The position numbers were made by a program, and so were the translations under genes. A stretch of DNA of 64,000 nucleotides from an uncultured Gammaproteobacteria bacterium (GTDB lineage Bacteria > Patescibacteriota > Patescibacteriia > VMEV01 > CAZAJQ01): positions 3,880-67,879 of the forward strand of contig CAZAJQ010000007.1 in NCBI GenBank assembly GCA_964485795.1. The letters run 5' to 3'. Position 1 is the first letter of the stretch, and the number at the start of each line of letters is the position of its first letter. Shown in pieces: positions 28,703-38,867 of this stretch. The notes beneath the pieces were generated by a model. That model saw nothing but the letters and a program-made list of their open reading frames with translations. It was not told the origin of the DNA and did not search any database.

Positions 28703-29293
28703 ATGACCAGAAAAATCGCGGAAATATCAAACGGCTTGAGCGTCTTCTTTCTGAAAAAACACGGCTTTCTGCCACAGGGAGACTCTTGGCGCAACGGCGG
28801 AATCAAATGGACGTGGGATGATTGGCAAAGCAATATCGGTTTTTCCGTGCAAACGCAGACAGACGACAATTCAGGGTATATTGAACTGAACTACACGGTG
28901 ACGGACGGGCAATCGAACGAAAAGACCGAGATGAAATACAAAATCAAACTTGTGACGACTTCCTGCAATTACGGCGGAAAGCGCTACTGGTTCGAATGTC
29001 CATTAACGACTAACGGCGAATATTGCGGACGCAGAGTCGGCGTCATTTACAGCGTCGGTAAGCTGTTCGGCTGTCGGTATTGCGCCAATGTAGCCTATCG
29101 CGCCCAATTTGAGAGCGGAAAATATCGTGTCGGATCAAGCACAAAACTCAACATTCAGGATGCTTTGACGGAAGCTACAACCCGTTATTACAACGGCAAG
29201 CCGACAAGGAAATTCAGGCGCTATTTAAGGCTTCGGGAAAGGTTGGAAATCATGTGGGCGAAGATAGCCGAAAAACTGGATATTATTCAATAA
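28703..29293 (+). CDS. Zn-ribbon hypothetical protein
   Basis: GGKRYWFECP...CGRRV...FGCRYC...YRAQ. Confidence 0.75.
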   Translation: MTRKIAEISNGLSVFFLKKHGFLPQGDSWRNGGIKWTWDDWQSNIGFSVQTQTDDNSGYIELNYTVTDGQSNEKTEMKYKIKLVTTSCNYGGKRYWFECPLTTNGEYCGRRVGVIYSVGKLFGCRYCANVAYRAQFESGKYRVGSSTKLNIQDALTEATTRYYNGKPTRKFRRYLRLRERLEIMWAKIAEKLDIIQ

Positions 29294-29345
29294 AACGTAT
29301 ATGTTTGAAGTGTCAACCAAAGGCATATTTAAGCCAAAAATTACA

Positions 29346-30992
29346 ATGACCAAAGACACCGCAAAAATCAAATACTTTCTGTATTCCAGAAAGTCATCGG
29401 AGAGCGAGGATCGTCAGGTGCAATCCATTGACGATCAAATCAATCGCTTGAAAAGAATCGCCGATGATTTGAATATTGAGGTCGTTAAAATTTACACCGA
29501 AGCCAAGTCAGCCAAAAAGCCGAACAACCGACCGATATTCGACGAAATGGTGGAACGAATCGAAAAAGGCGACGCCGGCGGAATATTGTGCTGGCAAATC
29601 AACCGCCTTTCCAGAAATCCCATAGACAGCGGAAAATTGAGCTGGCTTCTGCAAAGAGGGGTTTTAAAATCAATTCAGACCATAGACCGCCAATATCTCC
29701 CTGAGGATAATGTCCTGTTGTTCAGCGTGGAAAGCGGTGTGGCCAACCAATACATTCTGGATTTGAGCAAAAACACCAAGCGAGGACTGCAAAGCAAACT
29801 GGAAAAGGGCTGGCAAAACGGAATCGCGCCTCTGGGCTATTTGAACGACAAAGAAAACAAAACCATCATCACAGACCCCGAACGGTTCAATCTCGTTCGT
29901 AAAATGTGGGACTTGATGCTTACAGGAAACTACACTCCTCCCAAAATTCTGGAAAAAGTAAATGAAGAATGGGGCTTTCGCACAAGAAAATTTAAAAGAA
30001 TGGGCGGTAATCCACTGTCGCGAAGCGGAATTTATAAAATTCTGACGAATCAATTTTACGCTGGAATCATCGAAGTTAACGGCCAGCAATACGAGGGGCA
30101 ACACGAAAAGATGATCACTTTTGAGGAATACGACAGGGCGCAGATGTTACTTGGCCGTGAGGGCAGACCGCGCCCGAAGACCCGAGCGTTCGCATTTACG
30201 GGAGCCATAAGATGCGGAGTTTGCGGGTGTTTGTACACCGCCGAAGTGAAAAAGAAACTCATTAAAAGCACGGGGCGGATAAAAGAATACACCTACTATC
30301 ACTGCACAAGAAAAACGATGAAAATCAAATGCGATCAACGGAAAAGCATACCTGTTGAGGATTTGGAAGTGGCCATTGAGCAAGAAATCGAGAAATACAC
30401 GATATTGCCAGAGTTTTTGGATTGGGCGTTGGAAGGTTTGAACAAAAAGAACGATACGGAAATAGAAGACCGCACCAAGATTTACGAGATGCAACACGGC
30501 AATTTGGCCAAAACCCAAAAAGAGCTGGATGAACTCACCAAGATGAGATACCGCCAGCTTATCGACGACGAAACCTTTATCAAGGAGAAAAACGCATTAC
30601 AAATTAAAATCGGCCAATGCAAAGAAAACTTGCGCACCACCGAAACAAGAGCTGAAAAATGGCTTGAGCTGACTGAGAAGACATTCAACTTTGCCACTTA
30701 CGCACGTTCTGCATTTTTAAAAGCCAGTGAAATGGGCAAACAAGGGTTAGAACTGAAGAAAGAAATTTTGCTCGCCATTGGAAAAACTCCGATAATAAGG
30801 GACGGAAAGCTCACCATCGAACCGAATGACTGGCTTGCGGAGATCGAAAAAGCGTATCCATCGCTTGAGAAAGAATACCTTAGGTTAGAACCGACGAAAA
30901 ACCGCTTGAATAAACGTGAAAACCGAGCTTTAGGCTCGGTTCATACACGTTGGCTCCGGGGGTGGGACTCGAACCCACGACCAATTGGTTAA
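29346..30992 (+). CDS. Large serine recombinase; 3' end overlaps tRNA-Asn antisense
   Basis: YSRKSSE catalytic Ser, NRLSRN, APLGY, NQFYAG, CGVCG..YYHC Zn ribbon, coiled coil. Confidence 0.95.
   Translation: MTKDTAKIKYFLYSRKSSESEDRQVQSIDDQINRLKRIADDLNIEVVKIYTEAKSAKKPNNRPIFDEMVERIEKGDAGGILCWQINRLSRNPIDSGKLSWLLQRGVLKSIQTIDRQYLPEDNVLLFSVESGVANQYILDLSKNTKRGLQSKLEKGWQNGIAPLGYLNDKENKTIITDPERFNLVRKMWDLMLTGNYTPPKILEKVNEEWGFRTRKFKRMGGNPLSRSGIYKILTNQFYAGIIEVNGQQYEGQHEKMITFEEYDRAQMLLGREGRPRPKTRAFAFTGAIRCGVCGCLYTAEVKKKLIKSTGRIKEYTYYHCTRKTMKIKCDQRKSIPVEDLEVAIEQEIEKYTILPEFLDWALEGLNKKNDTEIEDRTKIYEMQHGNLAKTQKELDELTKMRYRQLIDDETFIKEKNALQIKIGQCKENLRTTETRAEKWLELTEKTFNFATYARSAFLKASEMGKQGLELKKEILLAIGKTPIIRDGKLTIEPNDWLAEIEKAYPSLEKEYLRLEPTKNRLNKRENRALGSVHTRWLRGWDSNPRPIG
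30918..30941 (-). terminator. Terminator-like hairpin downstream of tRNA-Asn, inside the integrase CDS
   Basis: Minus strand AACCGAGC-ctaaa-GCTCGGTT followed by TT. Confidence 0.5.
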
Positions 30993-31026
30993 CAGCCAAC
31001 TGCTCTACCGACTGAGCTACCCCGGA
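30951..31026 (-). tRNA. tRNA-Asn(GTT) with encoded CCA
   Basis: TCCGGGGTAGCTCAGTCGGTAGAGCA-GTTGG-CTGTTAA-CCAAT...GGTTCGAGTCC...GGAGCCA, 76 nt. Confidence 0.97.
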
Positions 31027-31096
31027 ATATGTCATTATTTGAAACTCACAAAGAACATTTCACGAATGTATCATACCCATTTTCAAAAATCAAAAA

Positions 31097-32158
31097 TCAC
31101 TTTTTTACCGTCATCATCGTTCCGGATATATCATCGGGTTTGGCGCGAAAAGCCGACGGATTTCTCCATCCTGCTTCGCTGTTTTTCTGCGACATCGTAA
31201 GAATTTGCTTCAATGCTTCTTCGTCCGAACCGTTCTCTGTCAATACCTTCGCTATCTCTTTATCATTCATATTATCCGTCACCCCGTCCGTAAACGCCAT
31301 GATCCGATCACCTTCATTCAGGTCATACTCTTTCAAATGAAGCGTAAAATCTGTTCCCTGCCCGATTCCTGAGGTAAAAGATCTATTGTTCAGGAAATAT
31401 GCCATCAAATTTTTAAGAACCTCGCTTGCCGCTTTATTTTCACTTTTGACGATTTTCCTCATGACATCGGAATTTCTATATTCCGATGCATAAGAAATAG
31501 CCTCAGCCTGGTTGCTCGCGCGAGACCATGACCTTTGAATATGCCCGATGACATTTTCTTTTTCTTCATCGGTAAGCTTCCATGTATCCGCCTTTTCAGA
31601 AATCGCTTCAGTACAAGCATTATCATCAAGAGTAAGCGCCTCCAGCGTCCCCTCGCGAAAACGATAAGCCCGACTGTCTCCCACATGGGCTGTAATGGCG
31701 CGAAATCCACCTTCAAAGGGATACATCACCACAAGCGTCGCCGTCGTCATGCCGCGCTTGATGCTCAAATGCGCTTTTTCAAAGGCATTCTCCATGATTT
31801 TTCTCAATTTTTTCGGATCATCTGACAAACGGATTTTATTTTCAAGAGCCTTCTCAAATTCACTCGTTAATTCGTTTTGAATGACGGATTTTGTTGTCTC
31901 CGCGGCCTCATCCCCATGCTCTTCTCCTCCCATACCATCGAATACCGCGAAACACCGTATATCGCTTCCCGACATCGCCAAAACGCGATCTTCATTTTTC
32001 CACCCCAACATATCTTTTTTCAGGGAACCGGAGACGATCTCTCCTTCATTGTTCACAAATTCTTTTGAGCGCATGGATTCCATGATATGCTGAGACTTTT
32101 CATTTTCCATACAAAATATTTTTTTTAAAAAAAATGGTTTTTGATGTGTGACGCTCAA
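31097..32158 (-). CDS. PP2C-family Ser/Thr phosphatase
   Basis: NED, VFDGMGG, AHVGDSRAY, TDGV, DDIS. Confidence 0.9.
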   Translation of the reverse strand: MSVTHQKPFFLKKIFCMENEKSQHIMESMRSKEFVNNEGEIVSGSLKKDMLGWKNEDRVLAMSGSDIRCFAVFDGMGGEEHGDEAAETTKSVIQNELTSEFEKALENKIRLSDDPKKLRKIMENAFEKAHLSIKRGMTTATLVVMYPFEGGFRAITAHVGDSRAYRFREGTLEALTLDDNACTEAISEKADTWKLTDEEKENVIGHIQRSWSRASNQAEAISYASEYRNSDVMRKIVKSENKAASEVLKNLMAYFLNNRSFTSGIGQGTDFTLHLKEYDLNEGDRIMAFTDGVTDNMNDKEIAKVLTENGSDEEALKQILTMSQKNSEAGWRNPSAFRAKPDDISGTMMTVKK

Positions 32159-32172
32159 CCTCTTGCGCCCGT

Positions 32173-33405
32173 CTAATAATCTCTCAGCTTATCAATTCCC
32201 TTGCTTTGCGCTATCTTTTCGAGTGCTTTGGCTTCGATTTGGCGGATACGTTCGCGAGTGACGCCAAACTCCTGCCCCACTTCCTCGAGCGTATGCGTCA
32301 CTCCGTCCATAAGACCAAAACGCATTTCCAAAATCTTCTGCTCCCGCGGAGAGAGATCCTTGATAACGTCCGTCACATAATCTTTGAGCAGCTGCAAAGC
32401 GGCCGATCGGGAAGGCGTGGTGTTTTTCGTATCTTCGATGAATTCTTGCAGCTTTGAATCATCCTCATCTTCGCCCACTGGCGTCTCGAGAGAAATCGTG
32501 TCCTGCGAAATCTTCATGATATGTCGGATCTTTTCCACGTCTTCGCCCATCTCGGACGCGATTTCTTCGGGAAGCGGCTCGCGACCAAGCTCCTGAATCA
32601 ATCGTCTTTCCACCTGCTGGAACTTGTTGATGGTCTCAACCATATGAACCGGAATACGAATCGTTCGCGATTGATCGGCCAAGGCGCGCGTGATGGCCTG
32701 CCTGATCCACCATGTGGCATAGGTGGAAAATTTGTATCCCTTGCGATATTCAAACTTCTCCACGGCTCGAAAAAGCCCGATATTGCCCTCTTGAATCAGA
32801 TCCAAAAAAGAGAGACTTTTTCCCGTGAATTTTTTTGCTATGGATACCACCAGACGAAGATTTGCCTCTATCAGTCTTTGCTTGGCTTCGACTTCACCGC
32901 GTTCCTTGCGCTTAGCGAGCGCGATCTCTTCTTCGGAAGTCAACAAAGGCACCTTCCCGATTTCGCGCAAATACATCTGAATGGAGTCGGCGGAAATCTC
33001 CGAAAGGTCAAACTTTTTTCCTTCTTTTCCGATGGCGATATTAAACGGAGAGAGAATCTTTTCATGCTCTTCCTTGCTTGCCAAAATTCCGCCCTTGGGC
33101 TCCACGATGGAGACGCCATTATCCTCGAGCACCGCGAGAAAATCGCGAAACTGATCCACATACTCTTCGACCTCCGGGAAGGCGTAAAGCACTTCCGTTT
33201 CCGTGACAAACCCTCTTGATCTCCCTTCGCGCAGCAGCCTCTCGACGGCTTCGGGCGAAGGATACTGTATCCGATGCACTTCGGGAATCGCTTTTATCGC
33301 GGTCTTTTTCGGCTTTTTTGCGTCTTTTGATTTTTTCGATCCTTTCGGAAGGGCTTTTATTTTTTTTGGACTCTTTTTCTTTAAGGAAGAAAGCTTTAAA
33401 GGCAT
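32173..33405 (-). CDS. rpoD: Primary sigma factor
   Basis: [48 protein letters not shown]. Confidence 0.97.
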   Translation of the reverse strand: MPLKLSSLKKKSPKKIKALPKGSKKSKDAKKPKKTAIKAIPEVHRIQYPSPEAVERLLREGRSRGFVTETEVLYAFPEVEEYVDQFRDFLAVLEDNGVSIVEPKGGILASKEEHEKILSPFNIAIGKEGKKFDLSEISADSIQMYLREIGKVPLLTSEEEIALAKRKERGEVEAKQRLIEANLRLVVSIAKKFTGKSLSFLDLIQEGNIGLFRAVEKFEYRKGYKFSTYATWWIRQAITRALADQSRTIRIPVHMVETINKFQQVERRLIQELGREPLPEEIASEMGEDVEKIRHIMKISQDTISLETPVGEDEDDSKLQEFIEDTKNTTPSRSAALQLLKDYVTDVIKDLSPREQKILEMRFGLMDGVTHTLEEVGQEFGVTRERIRQIEAKALEKIAQSKGIDKLRDY

Positions 33406-33521
33406 AAAAAAATCGTTATGACTCTTATTCGAAAGATTGAAAATATTGAACGACGGTCGGATGGGAATCGGCATTACGGAATTTTCTCAATGCCGGAATG
33501 CGATGATAAGGATGAGAAACA

Positions 33522-35291
33522 TCACGAGAGCGACTTCATCTTGGACGCGATGTCCTCAAAATCTTTCATCAAATCCGCCATTTTGTCATGATGGGAAAGT
33601 GGCTGTTCCGACCGGTGAATGGCTTTTTTTATTTCCATCAGCCTGTGTTGATAATAACGTTTTTGAATCTGTGCGATTAATTTTTCCCATTCTTGTTTAA
33701 GCTCTGACGGCTGAAAATGAAAAAATTCCTTTTCAAAAAAAAGGATTATAATATGGTACCGAGAAACAAGCGATGGATCCTCGCTTTGTAAATAGGCTTC
33801 AAAATCCCTACGCTCTGGCTCATTATAAAATTTCTTTATCGCCCTGTAAAGCTTTTTTGAAGATTCATCAAAAAACATCTCTTCCGTCAAGACATTGTCC
33901 TCTCCGGCTATCGCGGGATGTGTATAAAAGGCCAAAACCGTTTCTTCCAAGTTCAAAGCATGGTTTGTCTCTCCCAAAGACGCTTCAGATGTCTTACGCG
34001 ACGGAGCTTTTTTTACTTTCAAACTTTGCATTTCCTCATACAAAATATTTTCCGGAATATCCATGTGAAACGCAAAAAATCTCATATACTGATTTTGCAT
34101 CAGCCGGCTTTGAAAATGCTTCAGAAGTGAAAGAAATGTCCTGATAATGGTCTGCTTTTGCACCGGATTATCGCGCGGCTGCGAAAGAAGCCTTGCCATG
34201 AAAACTTCCATATAATCCTTTGAATCGGAAAGAATTTGCTTCCAGAGATCGGGATTTTTTTGGATGCATTCATCCGCGTCTTTGCCGCAGCCGTCGGGAA
34301 TATTGACCACCTTCACATGAAGGTCATGCTCCAATGCGAGCAAAAAAGCGCGATCAAGCGCCTCGATGCCCGCGCCGTCGGTGTCAAAACAGAACGCAAT
34401 GTTTTTTGCGTACCTTTTGAGCAAACTCAGCTGCTCGACCGTCAAAGCCGTGCCCGATGAAGCCACCACATGTTTGCAGCCGACTTTATGCGAAGCGATG
34501 ACGTCCATCTGCCCTTCGACGAGGACGACCGTATCGAGCTCGCGTATGGCTTTTTTGCCTTCGAAAAGTCCGTAGAGAATACGACTTTTGTGATAAACGG
34601 CCGTTTCCGGAGTATTGATGTACTTGCCCATCTTGTCTTTTTCCGGATCCAGGACTCGAGCCGTGAAACCGACCGTATTGCCTTGATGATCCTTGATGGG
34701 AAACATAAGGCGATTGCGAAAACGGTCATACGCTGCCCCTCCTTGCTTGCTTGGCACGACAAGTCCGGCCTTTTGCAAATTTTGGTCGCCGATACCTTTG
34801 CGATTGAAATACTTTCGCAGCACTTCCCACCCGTCCGGAGCGTATCCGACGCAAAAATCCCGTAGGGTCTTTTCATCCAAACCGCGACTTTGCGCATAGT
34901 TTCTCGCATGCTCGGCCTTGGGATGTTTCATGAGAAGCTCATGAAAAAAAAGCGCCGCCTTTTCATTGATCTCAAAAAGCGTATTTTTTTCCGAAGTATC
35001 TTCAAAAGACTTTTTTTGCAAAACCACACCCGCTTTGTCGGCGAGAAATTTCAATGCTTCGGGAAAATCGATGTTTTCATACAGCTGCAAAAAAGAAAAA
35101 ACGTCTCCACCTTTTCCGCAGCCGAAACAATGCCAGATCTGTCGAGACGGCGACACCATGAAAGACGGAGATTTTTCATGATGAAAAGGACACCGCGCCT
35201 TGTGATTGGCTCCGGCCGCTTTGAGTTCAAGGTACTCCGAGATAAAGCTGACAATATCGAGTTTTGATTTGATTTCTTCCACGGAATCCAT
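33522..35291 (-). CDS. dnaG: DNA primase
   Basis: CPFHHEKSPSF, HCFGC, RFRNRLMFP, KYINTPET, VEGQMDV. Confidence 0.97.
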   Translation of the reverse strand: MDSVEEIKSKLDIVSFISEYLELKAAGANHKARCPFHHEKSPSFMVSPSRQIWHCFGCGKGGDVFSFLQLYENIDFPEALKFLADKAGVVLQKKSFEDTSEKNTLFEINEKAALFFHELLMKHPKAEHARNYAQSRGLDEKTLRDFCVGYAPDGWEVLRKYFNRKGIGDQNLQKAGLVVPSKQGGAAYDRFRNRLMFPIKDHQGNTVGFTARVLDPEKDKMGKYINTPETAVYHKSRILYGLFEGKKAIRELDTVVLVEGQMDVIASHKVGCKHVVASSGTALTVEQLSLLKRYAKNIAFCFDTDGAGIEALDRAFLLALEHDLHVKVVNIPDGCGKDADECIQKNPDLWKQILSDSKDYMEVFMARLLSQPRDNPVQKQTIIRTFLSLLKHFQSRLMQNQYMRFFAFHMDIPENILYEEMQSLKVKKAPSRKTSEASLGETNHALNLEETVLAFYTHPAIAGEDNVLTEEMFFDESSKKLYRAIKKFYNEPERRDFEAYLQSEDPSLVSRYHIIILFFEKEFFHFQPSELKQEWEKLIAQIQKRYYQHRLMEIKKAIHRSEQPLSHHDKMADLMKDFEDIASKMKSLS

Positions 35292-35379
35292 AGAAGCGGT
35301 ATCAAAAATGACATATCCTACCACAGGGTAGGACATTTTCATCAGAGATTCAAATACAACAAAAAAGTGAGGTGAAAAT

Positions 35380-37098
35380 TCATTTTTTCAATCGATTCTC
35401 AAAAAATTCTATCAGCGCCGTATTGGGACTTTGATTGCCGGAATCGTCAAAAAAAAGTTTTTCATAGGATGCGTAGCTGGCATGCAGTCCCCATGCGTCA
35501 AAAAGATCAAGAATGTCCGTCATGTATACGAGACCGCCGCGATCTTGCGAAAACGCGTCGCGGGTCGCTCCATACTCGCTCACCGACATGGGAACATTTT
35601 CCTTTTTCCCGAATTCTGCCAAGGAGCGAAGCTGGGTTTCGAGATACTCTCTGTCTCTTTTTTGCACCTTGGCATCGCCGGCGCTTTTCTCAAAGACCAG
35701 CACCATGCGACAACCGTTGAACGACTCGGTGATATTTGACCCACGCATGAAACCGCTGATTTGGTAAGCGTATCCGGTGCGAATCGGCACGCGCAAAAAA
35801 ACATTGTTCCACGCCCCGGGCAAGGAAATTTTCCCGATCGTCAGTGAAGCGCCGTCGTTGTTGCCAAAGCCGGAAAGTTCAAAAACTCCGCTTCGCTCGC
35901 TGACATGATTCCATCCTTCCGCGGAATCGATGTTCATGTTCACGATATCGCGGATGAAAACGCGATCCTTATCGTATTCTTTGATCACAAAGGCGTCGAA
36001 ATATGCGGTTCCCTTGGTATTTTCACATCGAAACTGAGGATAGGCCGAAATCACGGCCGAATCGGTGATGGTTTTGATTTCCCCGTCATAAAAGCGCCAA
36101 TCTTGAGTGAAACCTTTGAGCGTGGGATTTTTATCGGTAATCCCCACATATTCGAGATCCGCCGGGAATTCAAGTCCTCCGGGATAAACGCCTCCATTGT
36201 CTCGAGATCCTTTGATTTGAAAAGCGAATTCTTCAGGCTTGTAAAAATGGAAATCGTACATCACGTTTGGATCCGAGATGAGAAATTGCGTTATCGCCGG
36301 GTCGTTTGAAGCCACATGATCGCCAATCACAGCGGCCAGCTTTTGGACGATGATGAGATGATTGGGATCCACCTTGCGTATTTGTCTTGCGGTTTTATCG
36401 GCTAGAACTTTCCATGCGTCTCTGTGATCTTTTCCCACCGCCGGTTCATTGAGCAAATCATACGCCACGATTACCGGCTCACCCGCATATCGCTGCGCAA
36501 TGGCCTGCCACAAGGCTCGAAAACGCTTTTGCATTTCTTCGTCCGCAAAAAGCTCGGGCTCGTTTCCTTCGGCGTCGAGTCTCTTTCCTTGAGCCTCCCG
36601 CATATCCAAAATCAAATAAAGCTTGTTTTCTCGAGCGTATCCGATATGGCTGTCAAGCCAATCCCAAGCCGAATCTTTGTATTTGTACGGCGCAACATCG
36701 TCTTCAAAAAACTTGTAATGCATCGTGAGTCGCACGACATTCATGCCCATATCCGCGATTTTCTTGTAATCATCGGCATTGTACATGTTTTTGAGCGGGA
36801 AAATATCGTCCTCCAGCTCAAAAGACGTGTTCATGATGATGCCCCGCAAGGTTACCTTCTCATCGCTTTGACCTACCGCAAGTCCGTTTCCGTACCGATG
36901 CACGAAAATATCCGTATTCCCCGCCGGAGCGATGCTCTGGAAAATCAGCCCGGTCACCACTTTGATAACCACGAGAAATACAAAAAAAATCGCGATTCCC
37001 GTCCCGATGAGCTGAAAATTTTTATGAAACAATTTCGCAAAAATGCGATGATTGAGAAAAACAAAAAGCATACGAATATTCGCTTTGAAAAAAATCAA
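35380..37098 (-). CDS. Membrane-anchored GH5 glycoside hydrolase with inserted domain
   Basis: GMNVVRL, YDLLNEP acid/base, FHFY, VSEYG nucleophile; N-terminal TM. Confidence 0.85.
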   Translation of the reverse strand: MIFFKANIRMLFVFLNHRIFAKLFHKNFQLIGTGIAIFFVFLVVIKVVTGLIFQSIAPAGNTDIFVHRYGNGLAVGQSDEKVTLRGIIMNTSFELEDDIFPLKNMYNADDYKKIADMGMNVVRLTMHYKFFEDDVAPYKYKDSAWDWLDSHIGYARENKLYLILDMREAQGKRLDAEGNEPELFADEEMQKRFRALWQAIAQRYAGEPVIVAYDLLNEPAVGKDHRDAWKVLADKTARQIRKVDPNHLIIVQKLAAVIGDHVASNDPAITQFLISDPNVMYDFHFYKPEEFAFQIKGSRDNGGVYPGGLEFPADLEYVGITDKNPTLKGFTQDWRFYDGEIKTITDSAVISAYPQFRCENTKGTAYFDAFVIKEYDKDRVFIRDIVNMNIDSAEGWNHVSERSGVFELSGFGNNDGASLTIGKISLPGAWNNVFLRVPIRTGYAYQISGFMRGSNITESFNGCRMVLVFEKSAGDAKVQKRDREYLETQLRSLAEFGKKENVPMSVSEYGATRDAFSQDRGGLVYMTDILDLFDAWGLHASYASYEKLFFDDSGNQSPNTALIEFFENRLKK

Positions 37099-37170
37099 CC
37101 AACCATAGCGAAAATTTCAAAAAAAGTCAATGTTTTCAATCATACTCGATATCTTTCACCCGGAAGTATA

Positions 37171-38631
37171 TCATGGTTTTGGTATCGCGGCCGCGATATC
37201 CAAAAACCATTCGATTTCACCGTCTTTCCTTTGCGCTACCTTGATCCCCCGCTTTCCAAGCTCTTCTCGAATGGCATCCGAGGCATCATATTTTTCATAT
37301 TTCCTCGCATCCGCCATTGCTTGAATTTTTGCTTTGATCTCATACTCGGTCAAGCGACTTTTACCCTGTATGAGCGCATAGGTGGCCAAAAGAGCGTCTA
37401 TCATGACCGCACCGTTCGCCTGAAAAATCCCAAGGACATTTCCGAGTTTTCTCAATGCGGCCAAGAGAGCCGCCGCCCCGACCTCATCGCGTACACACCA
37501 CTTTTTCTCAAAATCATCAATCCCTTTTTTGAGCGCTATCAATGCTCCCGGAGTATGGAAATCGTCATCCATGGCTTTTTGAAATCCGGACATCAAGGCA
37601 ACGATATCCGGATGCTCCATGTCTTCTTTCGTGACCGTGACATGCGGCAATGTTTCGATGCGTTCGAAAAGACGATAAAGCGCGAGAAGAAAATTGATGT
37701 TTTCCAAAAAAAGCGCATCCGAAAGCTCTATTGGCGACCGATAATGATATTTGAGTATCGTGAATTTCAAAAGCTCGGCTCCGTATTTTTTCACGGCGTC
37801 TTTGGCGAGGATCAAATTCCCGATCGACTTTGACATCTTCTCTCCACGAAAATTGAGCAATCCCGAATACAACCAAAAATTCACATAGGGTTTGTCATTG
37901 TGCGCCTCGCATTGCGCAAGCTCGTTTTCATGATGGGGGAACATGAGATCCAGCCCACCTCCGTGAATATCAATATGCGATCCGAGCAACGCGTTGCTCA
38001 TCACCGAGCATTCGATATGCCATCCCGGACGTCCCTTTCCCCACGGCGAATCCCAAGACGCTCCATGGTAATCGTCGGATTTCCATAAGGCGAAATCCAA
38101 AGGATGTTTTTTGTCCTTTTCGGTTTCCACCCTCGTGCCGGCATACAACTCATCAAGATTTTTGCGGGACAATTTTCCGTAATCGCTTTTTTTTGAAATG
38201 TCGAAATACACGTTTCCCGCTTCGGTGGAATACGCGAATCCCTTTGAAATCAATTCGGAGACATAGGCGACTATCTGAGGGATATACTCGCTGACCTTGG
38301 GTCGGAAATCGGGTTTCGGAATTTCAAGGGATTCAAGGATATGATCAAACTCCTGCGCATAAAATTCGGAAATTTCCGACGGGGATTTTCCCGTTGCTTT
38401 TGACTTCACGATGATCTTATCATCCACATCCGTAATGTTTTGAACATAGCTACCTTTCAACCCGCTGAATTCGAGATACTTGCGAATCACGGAAAATCGA
38501 AATGCGGTGATGAGGTTTCCAAGATGCGGCGAATCATACGGCGTAATGCCGCACACATACATACTGAAACGCCCTTTTTCCAAAGGCTGAAACGTTTCTT
38601 TTTTTCCCGAAAAAGTATTGTATATCTTCAT
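37171..38631 (-). CDS. cysS: Cysteinyl-tRNA synthetase
   Basis: YVCGITPY, HLGN, DFALWK, GRPGWHIEC, KMSKS. Confidence 0.97.
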   Translation of the reverse strand: MKIYNTFSGKKETFQPLEKGRFSMYVCGITPYDSPHLGNLITAFRFSVIRKYLEFSGLKGSYVQNITDVDDKIIVKSKATGKSPSEISEFYAQEFDHILESLEIPKPDFRPKVSEYIPQIVAYVSELISKGFAYSTEAGNVYFDISKKSDYGKLSRKNLDELYAGTRVETEKDKKHPLDFALWKSDDYHGASWDSPWGKGRPGWHIECSVMSNALLGSHIDIHGGGLDLMFPHHENELAQCEAHNDKPYVNFWLYSGLLNFRGEKMSKSIGNLILAKDAVKKYGAELLKFTILKYHYRSPIELSDALFLENINFLLALYRLFERIETLPHVTVTKEDMEHPDIVALMSGFQKAMDDDFHTPGALIALKKGIDDFEKKWCVRDEVGAAALLAALRKLGNVLGIFQANGAVMIDALLATYALIQGKSRLTEYEIKAKIQAMADARKYEKYDASDAIREELGKRGIKVAQRKDGEIEWFLDIAAAIPKP

Positions 38632-38855
38632 AAAAAATTCTTTTTTTTACCGACGCCGATCGGCTTCCGCTTCTTTTTTGGCGCTGATAAATAATTCTCG
38701 CCATCTGATACTTTCTTACCGCTCTTTAATTCTAGTTTTTTACGCGCTTCTCCTGCAATATTACCGCCAGGAGAGATCATCTTCAACTGTCCGATATTTC
38801 CGGACACTTCAGAATAACCCTCTTTTATAAGTTTTTTCTTGAGGTCGCTCCACAC
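38628..38855 (-). pseudogene. Remnant of a Bro-N/antirepressor-like gene
   Basis: WSDLKKKLIKEG...IGQLKM joined directly to GGNIAGEARKKLE...ENYL. Confidence 0.55.
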
Positions 38856-38867
38856 TCACCCTGCCAA

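Larger units (their letters stand above)
17849..30958. mobile_element. ~13.1 kb integrative element at tRNA-Asn 3' end
   Basis: Serine recombinase overlaps tRNA; CTCCG at 17849-17853 and 30954-30958; joining restores the integrase frame; R-M and primase cargo. Confidence 0.85.

Noticed and set aside
17849-30958. Long tRNA 3' duplication at the far end; GATC avoidance in the element
   Set aside because: No long duplication seen, only CTCCG; GATC occurs inside (e.g. 18666, 19557) and no count was done
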